Shown: positions 1 to 15,300 of the stretch, one piece after another
Layout of the letters: every line of letters begins with the position of its first letter
Position numbering within the stretch: position 1 is the stretch's first letter
From: Balanoglossus misakiensis
Taxonomy: Eukaryota > Animalia > Hemichordata
DNA: 64,000 bases
Assembly: GCA_040954595.2 (NCBI GenBank)
Contig: CM082587.2
Coordinates: 5,072,206-5,136,205, forward strand
Direction of reading: 5' to 3'
Notes under the pieces: model-generated
What the model saw: only the letters and a program-made list of their open reading frames with translations
Told to the model about the DNA's origin: nothing
Database searches by the model: none
Position numbers and translations under genes: made by a program

Positions 1-132
1 AATATTAACTTATCGTAACGCGCAAAAACAAACAAAATCAATAATTTCTGAAATGACTGTCAGTATTCCAATAAAATGACCCTATGTTAGAATACCCCTT
101 TTTTAAATTATGGTTGTTACTTTCGATTGTAG

Positions 133-564
133 AGCATCAAAGCAACGCTTCTGATAGCCATGGTGTATGGATCTCGATTTCTATAAACATCTGTCGTTTT
201 TGGAGTGAGCAGAGAGGAGCTTGGGACTCCGAAGGATGTTGGGTAATAGACTCCATAAACCATTCGTTTTTTCCCCCCGGACAATATGTCAAAGCAATGA
301 ATACGCGCAAATGTGAACGACCGCGCAACCAGTGTTGCAGACTATCCGAATCAACAATGCTAAAACAGAACATTAGTTTGTCTGTGGTTTGACAGTGAGT
401 TCAAAGGTAGAACTAGTAACTATGCATACTTTGTGGGGATTTTGTGTTACAAATAACAAAATGCATTCTTTTCTTTGCAGCCTGAGAAATCAACCGACGC
501 AGAAAAGTTGACATGCAAGTGTAATTACTTGCCATCACTCAAGCAAACTGGACAATCGACATGA
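133..564 (+). CDS. 3' end (last two exons) of a GAIN/GPS-motif protein, PKD1-like/REJ or adhesion-GPCR type; 5' part lies outside the window
   Basis: Exon 133-242 (ttgtag acceptor, TGG|gtaata donor) spliced in phase 0 to exon 481-564 (tttgcag acceptor) gives ...HGVWISISINICRFWSEQRGAWDSEGCW|PEKSTDAEKLTCKCNYLPSLKQTGQST*. This matches the GPS consensus CxFW-x-W-xxxGC...TCxCxxL. AATAAA at 665-670. Confidence 0.7.
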
Positions 565-3500
565 AAAGATTTGACATAAATGTCACTCCTTGTAAACATT
601 GCGCCCTCTCGAGTTAGTAGACTATTGTTCATGCGTGGTGTAGGTACTATACTATACCACTCAGAATAAATTACATGTAAATGTGTCAGAAGCGCGCAAC
701 TAATTAATTTTGGGTGTAAGTATTATCATGATGTTACAGAGCATACAATTCACATTAGTATAATGACGATTCACATACTGTGATAGTGATGATATAAACA
801 AGATTACTGTTTTAACAAATTTTACTGCAGAAACGAAACGAATGAAATGACATAGACCTATCGAACCCTTGATTTGAACTTTGATCATCTTGTTTCTTAC
901 AAGGTTACAGTCAGTTAACGGTTAGGGCTAAGTAAAATTATTAAAAGAAAATGTATATCTTTTTACGCGCCAAAGTCATGCCATCGTTTGACTTGTGATT
1001 GTTGTACATTGTACATTTATTTCAATAAGTGACTTGTACTGTATTTTCTTCAGTTCATATGAAGAAGAATTATCTAGGCGATAATAAAACAGCGCCACCT
1101 TTCCTCTAAACACGTGTTTGTCTCGTTTTTTCGTCGCTGTTCAATAATTTACACCAGCCTCAAACAAGCATCGTTTATATGTATCCAATTCCAAATTTCA
1201 TGTGTGCCGCTGGCATCAGACTTAATCCACATGCCTAGTTTATAATTTCATACATGCGCATGGCTTATTTCATTCGGGTTTCTTTCCGTTAGGGGCGCTC
1301 AGCGAATAAGAGAAACCACAGGGATCGTTCAGGAAAATTTATATTCGCTTGCCTTTTCAATGCTAATGTATCGAGTGTCCTGTTTTAACAAAATGACGAG
1401 TCACATCTTATAATGCAAATCAAATATTTTACATGCTACATATAGGACGAAGCCTACGCACTCATACAGACTACAGACTACATATACTGTTTATCAATAG
1501 TCACAAGCTTATGATATGGCAAAGAACCCTATTCTTGTACACTACTATATAGGGTAATAACTGAAGGCACATGTACAGACGTGACAGGGAAAAATGTACC
1601 GGGTAATTAATATGACGTTTCCAAACGGTATCATCCGAAATCACTTCAAATGATTAGTTGCAATGTCATTACACGGTTCCGAATTGAGTTTCTCCGCTAT
1701 TTTCAGCACGAGTGGAGAAACCCTCGCCCGGTCATGATTTCTGCTCCCGCGGGATCTGCAGATTTGGAAATTGGATTTCGTTTCCTATTAGAAAAACGAA
1801 ACATTTTGCTCTTACGCGTAATGCAATTACGTTAGAGATGATACGGTCAATGAAACAAGACATCGACGACATGGCATCACGCACGCGCAGAGGAGAACTT
1901 CCGCAAATTGATTTTGCATGGCTGAATTTGATTAAACCACGCCGATATTGACGATGTACTCAGTCATCTTTGTTTTAATTTCCAATTCATCGCCGTCGCA
2001 TTTAATTCAGATTGAAACGCTCTTGGTAAAACCGCATCCTACACTGGCAATTTTCAAGTATAGTATAGAACGCAGATTTTGATTTTAGCGTCGTGACGTT
2101 CTCGTTGCTGGCCTCTGACTACAGACAACGAAGTGAATTAAGTGCATGCCGACTTTCTGTGGATAATTCAAAATAAGTAATAGCTATTGCCACTCATGTC
2201 TTCGGACTTAATACGGTTCTTAATATGCCGTGAATCCAACTCAAATATGCGGACAAACTTGCTCGTAGAGTTGTCACCACGTTTTGGAGCATTATACGAA
2301 AGAAAAGCAAGAAATATAAAAAATGCGCGTGCACGATTATTTTTTGTAAGGTTTCATTATACAAGCTGCATTCTTCCTTTCTTTCTGGACCCAGAATTCC
2401 TCAAGTTCTTCGCTCCCGTCACTTCTGGGGTTTCAGTCACGTCAGTTTCGTGACGCGCACTGTCTCAGGATTCACAAAAGAATGAAGCCAGCACAGAGTC
2501 GGGGTTTCAGCCTTGATGCTGACACACAGCCTGCATGCAATCGCCAACAGAAATGCGTGTTCCAGCGACCACACACTGTCATATACATACGGAAATACAT
2601 GTATACACCCACACATCGATGCAAAGTCGACCACACACAAACAACGGCAAGAATAATTAATACAACTGAATGCTGCGCAGGTTAAACATTATACATTTTG
2701 AGTTAACGTATTTTATCATGATCATGATCATGATGTTGACACCGCTTCTGGTCTTACTTGCAATGTGAATGTATTAATGAAATGTTAACAAGTCAATATA
2801 CGGACGCTGAATGGTAAATTCAATTACGCGACCCCTTTAAAACAATGGTCAGCCAGTCTGATAAACAAGATCACTGCTGACTTAATTACTAAGAACGTGA
2901 AGGATGTAATATTTCTCTTTTTCCTCAACTCCAATGCAACGCGGCTGACAACCACGAACAGGCTTGGGTATCCGACGTAAAAAGATAAGACAAGCGAAAT
3001 AAAGATGAGACCGAGGTTGGGAACAAAGGATAACGGGTAAGGTCGCACGGACTGAGCGTGTGATTCTTCGATCACTGACACAAAAGAAGGCAACCTGATT
3101 ACAGAATGATGAGATGGGTATTTCAACTTACAACAAAAAAACCTAGTATCAATAAAACTCTGGCATGTCGTGTGCATGTGTTTATCACGCCAATCGCCAT
3201 GCCATCGATATTGTCGACTATCTCTTACTGTCGAACTCCCAGTTTTCCAAAAAACAGCGAAAAGTCCGTTTTATGGCTCGAAAAGTTTATCTGTGAAAAT
3301 CACGTAACCACCCTATCGTTACAAATTATCTGAAATGAGTCGTCAACAAAACAGTAACGAAAAGCAATCTGCTCACAAGATTATCTCTGAGCGTTTGCCT
3401 TTTCATCGAGTGCCCACAAAAAAAGTCCGCCTGTGAACTTTGTGGGCCTGTCGGTTCGTTCTGTTTCCCACTGTTTTGTTTTCGGGGGTCTTAAAACGAT

Positions 3501-4138
3501 TCTATTTTGACAGTTCTAAATACGCTGAATACTGACAGTGTCTCCGAATGGAAATGCCCACGGCGATGCTTTCACGCTGGCCTCACTTCCACTGTGGCTG
3601 TACGTGTGCTTTTTTTTCTGTCGTCTTCCAGACAACAAAAGTACACCTTCAGTGTATCTGACGAAGATGATTACGCAAGTGCCGGTCTATCGTCGATATC
3701 GTGGTGACACCGGAGCTGACCAGAAAGCGACGTTGAGCGTTTCGGGGAGGGGCGACGGCGCGATGCAGGCGACTGGGTGAGCGACACCACGTCGGTGTGT
3801 ACAGAATGGCGGATTTAGAAAGAGAAAAAATCCTAACAGACAGGGGAATATGGCAAGAGACAGGCTTAGGGCACAGGAAACATTGTACTTGATGTGAACA
3901 CAAAAGGCTCGGCGTCCAATTATGTTACTTTTTTTTCCAGGATGAAATTGGGCGTGGACAACGACAAAGTCTGTGACATTTATTTGGACACTCACAATAC
4001 ATGGATTTGGGCAAAGAATGCGCTGTACACGAGCCTAAAATACACATTCATGTCAAAATCCGTCCGTGAGAAGAGCCGGCGATATTGTCAGTCCCGTTTT
4101 AACGAAACGTGGGATTTTCCACAATGCAACTGAATCTT

Positions 4139-4193
4139 AATCAATCAATCAATCAATCGATCCATCGATCGCCCATTCAATCAATCAATCAAT
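4139..4193. repeat. (TCAA)n microsatellite, interrupted
   Basis: aatcaatcaatcaatc... tandem tetramer visible in sequence. Confidence 0.8.
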
Positions 4194-6352
4194 CGTAGTT
4201 GGCGTGGTCGGTTAATGGTGTTTGTGGTCAGTCGGGGATCAGAATCGTTATTTTGTGTTATTTTGTGCTGTCGAAGCCGTGTCACATGTTGTCAAAGAAT
4301 CATGCGCGCACACGTTCTGCACTGTGCTAGTCAAGATCCGCACAAAGCGACGCAGTCAATAATAGAAAGTTGTTTTCGCATGCGTCAACTTCGCCGATTC
4401 AACAACGGCGACTGTTTGTTTAGACTACAAAAGCAAATGGCGACTCTAACATCACGTCACATTTAGCGGGGAGGGGGTTACCAGTGCAGAAGTGGAATCT
4501 TTACAAAGATAAGATTGTCACGGTGTCGACATTCATGGCAACGCGTGTTGTTGGACGCAGTCGACGGGGGCAACCACAGACCGCGCCTAGTTCGCGACGT
4601 TGTTGGCGTACTTTATACAGGACCGGAGAAGCCAGTATTTGATTGATTGAATGGATAGACACGTGATTCAGTGATATCGTTGCGAAAGACTCCCCTGACA
4701 CAAAATCAGCGCCTCGAGGTGTTCATAATATTGACACCGAGTGAAAGCAAATAGATGACCAGGTTTGCCGTCGATGAGAAAATAACACGCGAATTTCACG
4801 TGTAACATTCAAAATAAAGTAACACTCGTAAGCAAACCTGGAAAATCAAAATCAAAGTCAATTGTTTACTTGGAAGGACCGATGACTCTAACCATATATG
4901 TATGCTCTGGCATCGTTACAGTAAATCAAGCAAAGTGTGCGGCTCAAAATCGGATTGGCGCACATGTCATTGTAACAGAAAATCTGTAAGAATACTTGGC
5001 GGAAAAGTCAGCTCTTTCTCTGGTCCCTATTTCTTCACCACTGACTGAACTAATACTAATCGCGTCCTTTCTTCGTTGCTATAGTTATCTAACACGGGTT
5101 TAGCTGAAAGGGTGCGATATCTGCGAAGTCGACTGAATGCGGACCACTGCAGAGTGGGCGCGTTTCAGTTGTTGCACGGTAGCATGACGAGTGTCAATAC
5201 CTCCTCATCAATTATGGAGTCGTGCGCTCTTCGTTTACACAGTCTTGATTTACAGTCTCTAAGCAAAAAGGTAAACTTATCAAGTCCAAAAAGTAAACAG
5301 ACCTGTATGCGAATCCCTCCCTTCCTATTAACTTCTCCTCCCTAACAATTACCCTTCTATCCGCGGCTTTTGTCGACCTTTGTATTCTTTGCGGGTTTGT
5401 AAACCGATTGATATGTTAATGAGATTTACCTGGGAGAGGGGGTGACGTCACGCGCGGGGCATTCACTTTCAAATTTCGCTCTCCAATTATCTGACGCACG
5501 GCTTTGAAATGCATACAGAATGCTTTCACAGAAACTTGTTTGTAGCCACCACCACTGGTATTTCACATCCTATTAGCTATCATGGGTTGTGTTTTGTTAG
5601 CTAACTTTCTGCATGCGGCTACGTCACATTGTATCATACAGGAGACTCTGTTATGGCACGCCGCGTTTCGAGAGCGAGAGGGGGGAAAGTAAAACGCGTT
5701 AGAGTCGTACACGGTGAATGGACTGGCCAAGAATGTGAAATCGACACCGCGTTTGAATCACGATGTCAATCACTCGCTTTTATCCGACAGTCCGTTGTTT
5801 TATTTTCGTTTGGCTTCGGGTTGAGCAAATCTGAAAACAGAGAACTATTTTGCCTGATTTTTGGACTTTATTTGTGAGTGCATGCCAATATTTGGCTTGA
5901 GATAACAATTACCGTGTTTTTTTTGTAAAAGTTGTTTGGAAAATATCGTAATGGTTGTTTATGTCATGGGTATGATAGCCCCGGGAAACTTTAGCTGGTG
6001 GTCTGTGTTAAGGCTGGAGCGAGGCCTGGAGCTTTATTTCGGGCATTCGAGCTGTGTTTTGCTGGTACGGCCACTGGTACCGTCTTCTTAGTGCCACTCT
6101 CCCCGAGGTGTCAACGTCCAATCAGTTAACGCGCCGGAATGATTGACAGTTGAATACCACCTGTTGGGAGGGCTTGTAAAGACGCCAACATGGCGGGGGG
6201 TCTTTTGGCTGGGAGCTCGTCCCTGATTGGCGGGCGCGTTGTCATTGTTGCGGCCAGTGGGACGGTTCACACTGAAGGTTATATTCACGGCTTTGGAGTC
6301 GTGTTTTTCAATAGATGACACTGACGATACACCCTCATCCGCTCTACCTCGC

Positions 6353-9300
6353 ATGAAGCTTACTGCCTTTCCGCCGAGTGCCAGCGAACGTCAACGGCCG
6401 CCCAGCCACTTCTCCGCCGACTCGAGAGATTCACCGATCCCCATGGATGTGACGGAACAGGCGCGGGATGACAGCTTCGACGAGCCGATGACCGTAAGTC
6501 GCTTAATAGTGAGTCCACTGACTCACTCACTATCACTCAATAGATTTGTTTGACTGTTCATCATTAAGTAATCATACCAGCCCACCCAACTGTTACTTTC
6601 ATTGCAACAACTGTGTTACATTGGACTATTCAGAATTTTTTTCTCCCCATTATTAAGCGGAGGAAAAAGAAACTATCAAACCGATATCTAAAGGCGGGCT
6701 CTATCAGATCGATGTAGGTTCACAGGAACCATAGTCGAACACTTGATCATGTTGATCGTAACCCGGGCTTGCGCGTAGCTTCGGACGGCCAATCGAGCGT
6801 CGCGACCAGAGCCCATTGAAACGCCATATTCCCTATACCCTTGCGTTCGCTTTCACGTTACTCTTTAGTTTCGCTTTCAAAAATATTATTACATAGTATA
6901 CATTGTATGTGATATACGTATTCATCAACGCAATGCACAGGCGACGACCAAGCCCCGAACTCGCAAAAGCAGTGGACCTGACGTGTACCATGTTATTTTA
7001 ATATCGGAGGCCTCGAAATCGCAAGTTATACTGAAACAGCAGTGGGTCACGATGTCCAACGGGCAGCCTTAGTCTGTGTGAACTGTAGGTTTTGACGAAT
7101 ATGGCTTAATCGTGTGTGTGTGTGCTCTATCCAATATGGTGATCAAGAATTGACAATATATTCTCTTCACCCTGTACTACAGGACGGCGAAGTGTGCATC
7201 GGTTGTTCGGCGCCCATTGTCGATCGCTACCTGCTGAAGGTGGGTAGCCGATCGTGGCACGTCCGGTGTCTGCAGTGCTGCGTGTGTCAAACTAACCTGG
7301 GTGGACAGCAGTCGTGCTACACAAAAGACGAAAATATATACTGCAAAATGGATTATATAAGGTGGGTCCGATTGCACTGCATGTATTCAGCCAAATGCAC
7401 GCACTTTTCACACACACCCCACTCCACACTTGACCATTTTGCCACCATCCACGTTCAGTCAGTAAGCCGGGAAAGATATAGACCACAATTCTTCTTGGCA
7501 GCCAACAGCAGAAATTTCGCTGTCAAACACTCTCTTCAACCGTTCTAAAATGTGTAACCATATTAACTGAATCCTATCCAAATATCGCTGATTTTCCTTC
7601 GCCTTGTAGTATAGATACCGGTGTTATTTCGGAATAAACCGGCGGGGGAAGGGGGGGGGGGGTAATTCCGGGTGCAACCGAAACGCCGCCACTCCTCGGC
7701 ATTCACGCGGCATGCGCGCGTTGATGACACGAACACACGGCGCGATGGATATCAACAAGCAACCAATTAAGCCCGACACGTGTTCATTTCCAAAATGCTG
7801 ATGCTATTATGAAATATAATTTTATCCCAGCAAATGTGTCTTTCTGATCAAATAACGGGGGAACAATTTTCCAATTCTGAACTGCGAGGGTGGTGACTAT
7901 CACAGTGACTGTGTGACTATGAAGGCGCCTATGTATAGAGACTGACATTGAGTACTGGTTGGTCATTTTAACTGCTCGAAGTAAATTCGGTGATTGCGTT
8001 AAACACAAGTTCTGATCGCTGGATTTTCTTCCTAAAATTTAGCAATATTGTGTGCGACACCGCTCCTTGATACGACACAACGGGCTGGGGTCTAAAAAAT
8101 TCATAGAGTAAGCCAAGCGGTACTACCCGGCCCCCCTTCCCTCGAAACACGTCTGACATATAGACACCAAGCAAGATTTCATGCACAGAGGGATACTCGC
8201 GGCGATGACATTGAAACAGAATCTCCCGGAAATCGATACCTTTCCCCATAGAAACCGTTGCCAAGAGACAGCACATATCATCGCGACACAGTGAAGCCAG
8301 GGTATTTCGATGGAGACTGTATGACTTCTGAAACCATTGCAGTCTTTTCTGCCGTGAGGCCTGTTAAGACGGAAGCCTGGTCGCAGCCCCTTCCGCAGAA
8401 GTGAACATAGCCGCTCGAAAACAACGTCACAATAAATCTTCACAGGAAAAAAACGTACATTTTTCTCAACCATTTCGGATTTACTGGTTTTCCAGAACAG
8501 CCAGTGTTGACTTTTGCCGGGATTGACCGCATTTTGTCGATTTCGACAGCGGCAGAAATCATGTAGATCTTCGAGGCAAAAAGCTTGGTCTGGAAGGGGT
8601 GGGATTTTCGAATACTTGAAAATACATTACCCCTATTAAAAGCAAATAAACACCGCCGTGCCAACAGTAACATTCAAACATATCGTGTCTCCAAAACTAA
8701 TTATCGATTCATAAGTTCAGAGATAAAGTATGTGCATGTTTAGACCCGCCCATGGATGCAACGCACTCGATCAGTTAACATGAAGACATTGACACTTGCC
8801 AAGTGATGTTTTGTAATTAATTGGCCGATTTGAATACCGAAGTCTTGAAGGGAGCTCGAGTAAATAGAATTGAATCGTCAACATTAAAATGATCCCGAGA
8901 ACTAGCAGCAAATCGAATTCGGTGTCAATGGCAGTGGATCTTTATCGACTCGTTCACACGTGCACCGTTTGCAGGATGACTTTTCTTTATAATATACATA
9001 GAACACTGTTCCATTTCTGTGCATAAGGCAAGGGCAACCAGAGCGACGCATGTTAATCTTGTTCTGGTGGCGGGACTGCCATATCCATGATCCACGTACA
9101 CGCAGTTACATGAGAATTCGAAAGGCACGTAATCTATTGTTTATATATACTGTGGATATAAACGCCGACAAGTTGTCAAGATATTGTATGATCGTGACCA
9201 CGCGTGCTATTTGATTTCGCCACGTACTTACTGTGGGTGGAGAGATTTCAGTATTGACAAATTTGCAAACAGAAAGTAGGAAAAAAAATGTTTATCTTCA

Positions 9301-12300
9301 CCGTTGTCGGTCACTGTCGACAACATTCAACTTGAGCAAACCTTGTTGGTGACATTTAAAAGACGCATGTCCTGTGTTTTTTTAATTGTACTAGTTCAGC
9401 GAATACTGACCCACAGATGACTTTCCTGTGCACAAGAACCTTTTTCGAAATCTCAGTCGAAAATCGGTCGGACTGTTCTCATGACTCACTTCAGAGACGC
9501 GGTTTGTCTCGACAAGTTTTCCCGTCCTGTCGAGATTTCAAAGTGCTCACTATACGTACGTGCGTTGCTCCCGGCTGACGATAAACATCGAGCGTATCAC
9601 ATGCATTGGGTCAAATTCGGTTAAAATTGTTTCTCGCTCGAGGCCAACGTTCCCACCTTCCTGTCAGGGCGTTTTTTTCCCCAGTCTGTAAGATCACCGA
9701 TAAAGAGCTTTTACATTCTCAGAAAATGGAATGTTGCCCGAAGGCTGAGATTGCCGATATCGCGCCGAGACCCAGAGAAGCGAAGAGAAAGCAAAATAAC
9801 TCGTGTGCATGGATACCTGGGATGATGATGATGGTGATGATGGTGATAAACTTATCGATTCACTGTTGTCCTTATGTTTGGTCTGTTAACGCTGTTAGTG
9901 CGTTGGAGTATACCGGCATACATTTCCGATACAGCCAGCACACCACATTTCAGTGGTAGCTCTTAAGTTTCGCGCAGTGGTACCTGAGTGCGCAATTATA
10001 CCAAAATCTTCGCGGATATTTAGGACTTATGCAGATGAGTCACACTGGAAGGCAGTTTTTGGCAATTTTCGAACCCTCTGCATGGAAGTCTGTCGCTATG
10101 ATGGTTGTAGTGGCAATTAGCCGAAATCGTTTTCATTAAGCGTCCTTCTCTCTGTCCATAGTTCTTCAAGAATTGAATGTTACTGTATTAAGTGCGGATG
10201 AATACACAGAGGGAAAAAACAACGGTGTAATTACAATGTACTATCAGAGAGAGATTCAAACGCCAAACGTTTACATGTCGCGTGAATTTAAACTATTCGC
10301 GGAGATTTTTTTCCAAAACAGGGTTAACCGTTTAAAAGTTCAAGCAGCGATTAGTGTGCCTTCCGCCGTTACTGCCCCCGTAACTTTTGTATGTGCCAAA
10401 ACACCTGGACAAAAGACCGACACATTCTTCTTGCCGAGCGACTAATACTTCGGCATCGTAGCCTTCCCCAACTCCATCGTTCTTCCGGCTTCACAGCGAT
10501 GTAACATTAACCCGGAATGACTCAAGTGTTTTGACGTGAGACCGACGCAGAGAAAAGGGAAGCGGAGCTCTAGAGAGCGAAAAAAAAAGATCCGTTCTCC
10601 ATATTGCCCAGCGCATCGGAAATAAACGTAGTGCTACTCTACGATGTAGCCACTGATACGACACCCTTTCCGTTAAAACAGCCGGTCTTCGGGGACAGCG
10701 AATAACGCGCTTTCTGAGATAAACTGCATACCACCCCGGGGGAGTCGTTCTGTGAATTACAAATTTCTCTGTTGACGTATAAAGGGCTGTCAGGTAATGT
10801 CGATTTCACGCTTAGCGTCTTTTTCGACAGACAGCTTTTGACTCTGTGAGTCTGGCGGTAGGTGGGTGGTTGGGTGGACTTGAGTGAGTCGATGGAACAA
10901 GTAAACGGGAACGGTATGGACATAGAGAGAGAGAAAAAAACAGAGGTAGACAGAGAGACAAAGACAGGGAGGCACAGAGGTAGCCTGAGGCAGTGATAGA
11001 GGGGGGGGAGAGGCAGCAAGGGGGAGAGCGAGAAAAGGGGGAGGGAGAGAGAGATGGTAGAGGGTATGATGTGAGCTGGCCTATATCTTTAGTCATTTGC
11101 AGTTATATGCGTCCCTATTTTGAAACACATTCACAAAGTCCGCAATATGCCGTAAACAAGTTAATAATTAATAACAAATTTAGAAATTTAGGGACAATTT
11201 TAAAAATCGGGGAGGGGGTAACTGGGTATTTCGTGGATGGCTCAATACACATCAGGCTTACAGGAGCCTGAGTGCCGAAGTTCTTTGACCAACTTCCACA
11301 GTCTTCATCCAGTGAATATGCACTGTGACATGGCCGTGGAGTGACCACTGAAGAAGATTGTTGGGAAGGTCGACAGATCGATACGCGTGTGCGCGCGGCC
11401 ATTCATCGAAATCGGAAAGTGATCGTGCATCGTGACTCTCGGTGACGCAAATCAATCCTTATCATGAAACGCCATTGTCCTTCCGTGTCCACTGCACAGC
11501 TGACCTTCAAACCCGCCTCCTTTACAGATCTTCGCCGTCCCTCGGTTTGAAAAAGGTGACGGCGTGTCTCAGCTGTGCAGTGTGTATATACTGTGTATAT
11601 ACTGTGTATATATAATGTTATCAATACCAACATGACACCGCGCCAGGTATTTTTTTGGCCAAATCAACTGAAATTTCAGAGGAATCTTATTACGTTCAAG
11701 AAATTTCCAGACCAGCAAAACCCATGAAATGGATTACTGAAACAAAATGCACGCAATTCTTCTAACGAAACGCTTGATTCGTTTACTATTCATTAACTAG
11801 TACAAACGTATTTACATCATTCGGCGTTGTTTTAGCGTAGGTGTCTGGAATAGATAAGGGCACTCCCCAAAGAAGAGATAGGCCGGTCTCTCAACTACCG
11901 GGAATCGAGCCGTTGGATCACGTATTGCAACTGCACGCGCGGATCACTGGAGTTGAGTCAACCAGGTTCTCTGGAGACTGGGCTGTAAAAATCACCCCTC
12001 GGGCACTTTGGCACCTAGCGAGCTAGAAAGATCGCGATTTCAATAGGGGACAGACTCATTATCGAGACAAATTGCCTCTCTGAAAAGGGGCTGCGGTGAT
12101 TTCCTATAGTTGAGGTTCGAGAACCGATTTCTTGACTGTGAAGGTGACGGTCACGGTTAAGTGCCTTCATAGGTGTTAGAATCAATCGCAGTGCTAAACG
12201 AACGTTTCTGAAAAAGCGGGCGTGTCGTTTGACAAGGCCCAAAGTCTAAAATTGCAAAGTCTTTATTTCTGAAAATGCAATGATGTCTTTGTTAATACCG

Positions 12301-15300
12301 TGTTTAAGCAAATTGTCTCGGCGATAGGCAGAAGTGACGGAATCGGTATACAGCAACACCGAGAAAGGGCCGCGGTCGTTGCTTCGGGCAACCGTAACGA
12401 ATCGAACCGACGAGCGAAAGCCTTGGTCACATCCCAGACAGCGGTGAAAAAACGGGAACCAATGTGACACTATATAGACCTTTTCAAAAGAGACGAAAAT
12501 AGCGCTGATCAAGTTAAGAGGACCGCCTGAATGACCGCCCGGCGCTTTCTATCGCTGGATACTGAAGTTTTCGTTGTTCTGCCCCGCCATGTGCATATCG
12601 CCCCGGGGAAGAACACAAAGTACTAAATAGCAAGAAGAAAAATTATCAACCGAAAACTGTCGGCGTTAAAAATGCTATAATATGGCATCACAATCACCTT
12701 AAAACGTTTTTTTAAACAAATATGAGTCGATAATGAAGTTAAACATAAATAAACAATCAAGTATGGATAAATAAACAACATCATTTGGAAATAAGCACTG
12801 AACTTTTGTAATCTAAAGAGATCTGATCGCTATGTAATCGTTTAATGGTCTTCAACAAAACAACACTTCGCTTCGATTCGCTACTAAACTAATTTATCGG
12901 CCGCTAAATAAATACCTCTTTTGTCTCTGCCGTATTTGCATTATGGCAGTATGTTTCCAGTGAAAATGTTGTCGTCTGGGATATTTTACTTGACTAGACT
13001 CTTTTTTTCCGCACCTTGAAAATTCAGCGCTTTCGTAGTCATTTTAGTTCTGGGATATTTTGTCATATGATGAGGTATTTTCTTGATTGTTGAGAACATT
13101 TGAACGACTGCGACCTCTATGCCGCCAGAATGTTCAAGCCTGGGTCCCAGGAATGCATTATGTCAGATCCGATGTGATTCTATGTAACGAACTCTTGCAC
13201 AATCGAAGTGGAATCCGTAAAACAATGACTTGTCGGTGGAGCATACTACGAAAAAATACGGATTTGGCTTAATTAGTGCAGAAAAAGAGACATAATCTCT
13301 TTACGACGTAATCTGATGTTAGTGTAGATTCACATGGGCAGCCGCTTGCAGCCGTTGTTCTTGGAAACACGATTTATGAAAAAATAGTGTGCGCGAGCAG
13401 GTGAAATTATCCACCTTTCTCACTGTCGTCTGTCGTTTACCAAATCAAACAAATCACATGATACGAATGTTTATCGCAAAAAAACACACGTTGAAGCATT
13501 CCTTAGCTTCTGTAACACCATCACCACCACCACCACCACCACCACCACCACCACCACCACCACCACCACCGCCGCCGCCACCACCACCGTGTAACTGCAA
13601 ATCCTAATTATCATGTTTCTACTTAACAGGCACTTCGGCACGAAATGTGCTCACTGTATGAGGAATATCCAATCCAACGACTGGGTCAGGAAGGCGAAAA
13701 ACCACGTGTATCATCTTGCCTGCTTTGCGTGCGACAACTGCAAGAGACAACTCTCCACGGGCGAAGAGTTTGCCATGCAAGAAAATAAAGTGCTATGCAA
13801 AACACACTATCTTGAACTTTTAGAAAACTCGTCGGACACGTCGGAAACAAAGGAAGGTGAGGGGTGTTTATGTTTACAATATCACCGTCTTAGTAAACAC
13901 TACATAACTGGAGTTTCATTGTTGGCTGGCAATGGTTTCAAATTTTCCACTTTTTTAATTTTTCTTGATCCACGCGCTTTTTTATATTTAGAATGAGAAT
14001 CTAAATATTATTATTAAGTTAAGTATGGGCAAATGGTGGAAATTTTTACACCGGTTTGGTCCCACGGTTAAATTCCGCCACCGTACCCGACCCTCAACTT
14101 CACAAGGCCAATATGCAGGCGAGCGAGCGTGCCCAGTTGCAAACTGCGCACTGTCAAAACACGCTCTCTGTGTGTGTTGTTTGGTATTTTAGGTAGTTCT
14201 CAAAGAGGCGCGGCGGGTAGTCAATGGAGGAGTACCCGCACTTTTGATGAGACAATCGCCCGCCGCCCGAATGAGTGGCATGGGCACAGTCAGTCGCTGT
14301 TCCCTCACCCGACATCGCCACAAACCCTAACCTGATCACAACAAAAACAAATGCGATGCAAGACACCTCGTGATAAATAATTTTCAAATGTCCATCGCAA
14401 ACGAAGGAAAAAATTCCGGATCAGTCTGAATCAAGGCAGCCGAGTACATGATATAAAAAATTCAATTTCGTGGTTTGATAATCATAAACAACGGGCAATA
14501 TTCAACCAGATATAAAATATGGGTAAAGCTCACTGGACACGCAAGTCAGAAAGCCATGTCGCTGCGTTCGCATTCAGTGATGTAACTTTACGTAACACCA
14601 ACACAAAGGCATATACGGCACGGCGGTTGTGTATTGTTGTCGCGGCGCTACATGTGTGGCACACAGCGTCACTTTTTTTTTGAAATATCGTCGGTACAAT
14701 AACAAGACTGACTTTTGTCATGCATATTTGCCACTGCGTCGTTGCGGCCCATCCTCAAAAATTCACGAATAATATAATCGAAATAAAACCAATATTAATA
14801 TCTTGCTGTATACATAATAGGGAAACAGTAGGTGCATTGTCAGCCAGCATCAATGCATAATTTGATTTGTCAAGTTACGAAATACTTATGAGCATGAACC
14901 GGGCATAGCTGTCGAGGATGATATACATATTGGGCCCAAAAAATGCGACATGTGTTTCGTCAAGTGGCCGCGTGTTTGCCGCCGCTCAAGTGGCCATTGT
15001 TACTGCCACGTTGTCGTTGGTCTTTTATTTCTTTTCTGAAAGTCATCTTCGGTTCTTGTTAATCCTCACTTAAGTTAACTAAATAGAATCACAGACAGTT
15101 CAGATCCCATATGGGCCTGAACGGCACAACAATCTTTGTCAAAAAAGCGAAGAAAACACGCAAACATTCAATGATGATGGCATTGGCGTCATCTGTTTGA
15201 CGTCAGTGAAAGGAGGTCTTCCGTGCTCCGACGGTCATCGTGCGATATAAACGTCAATTTTGCCCCAAGAAAAAAATGCACGGAGTTTGCGAAAAAAGTG

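Noticed and set aside
13389-13607. Poly-proline ORF upstream of the LIM2 exon
   Set aside because: Translation of an intronic (CCA)n microsatellite; it stops before the exon and LIM1-LIM2 splicing is already in phase without it
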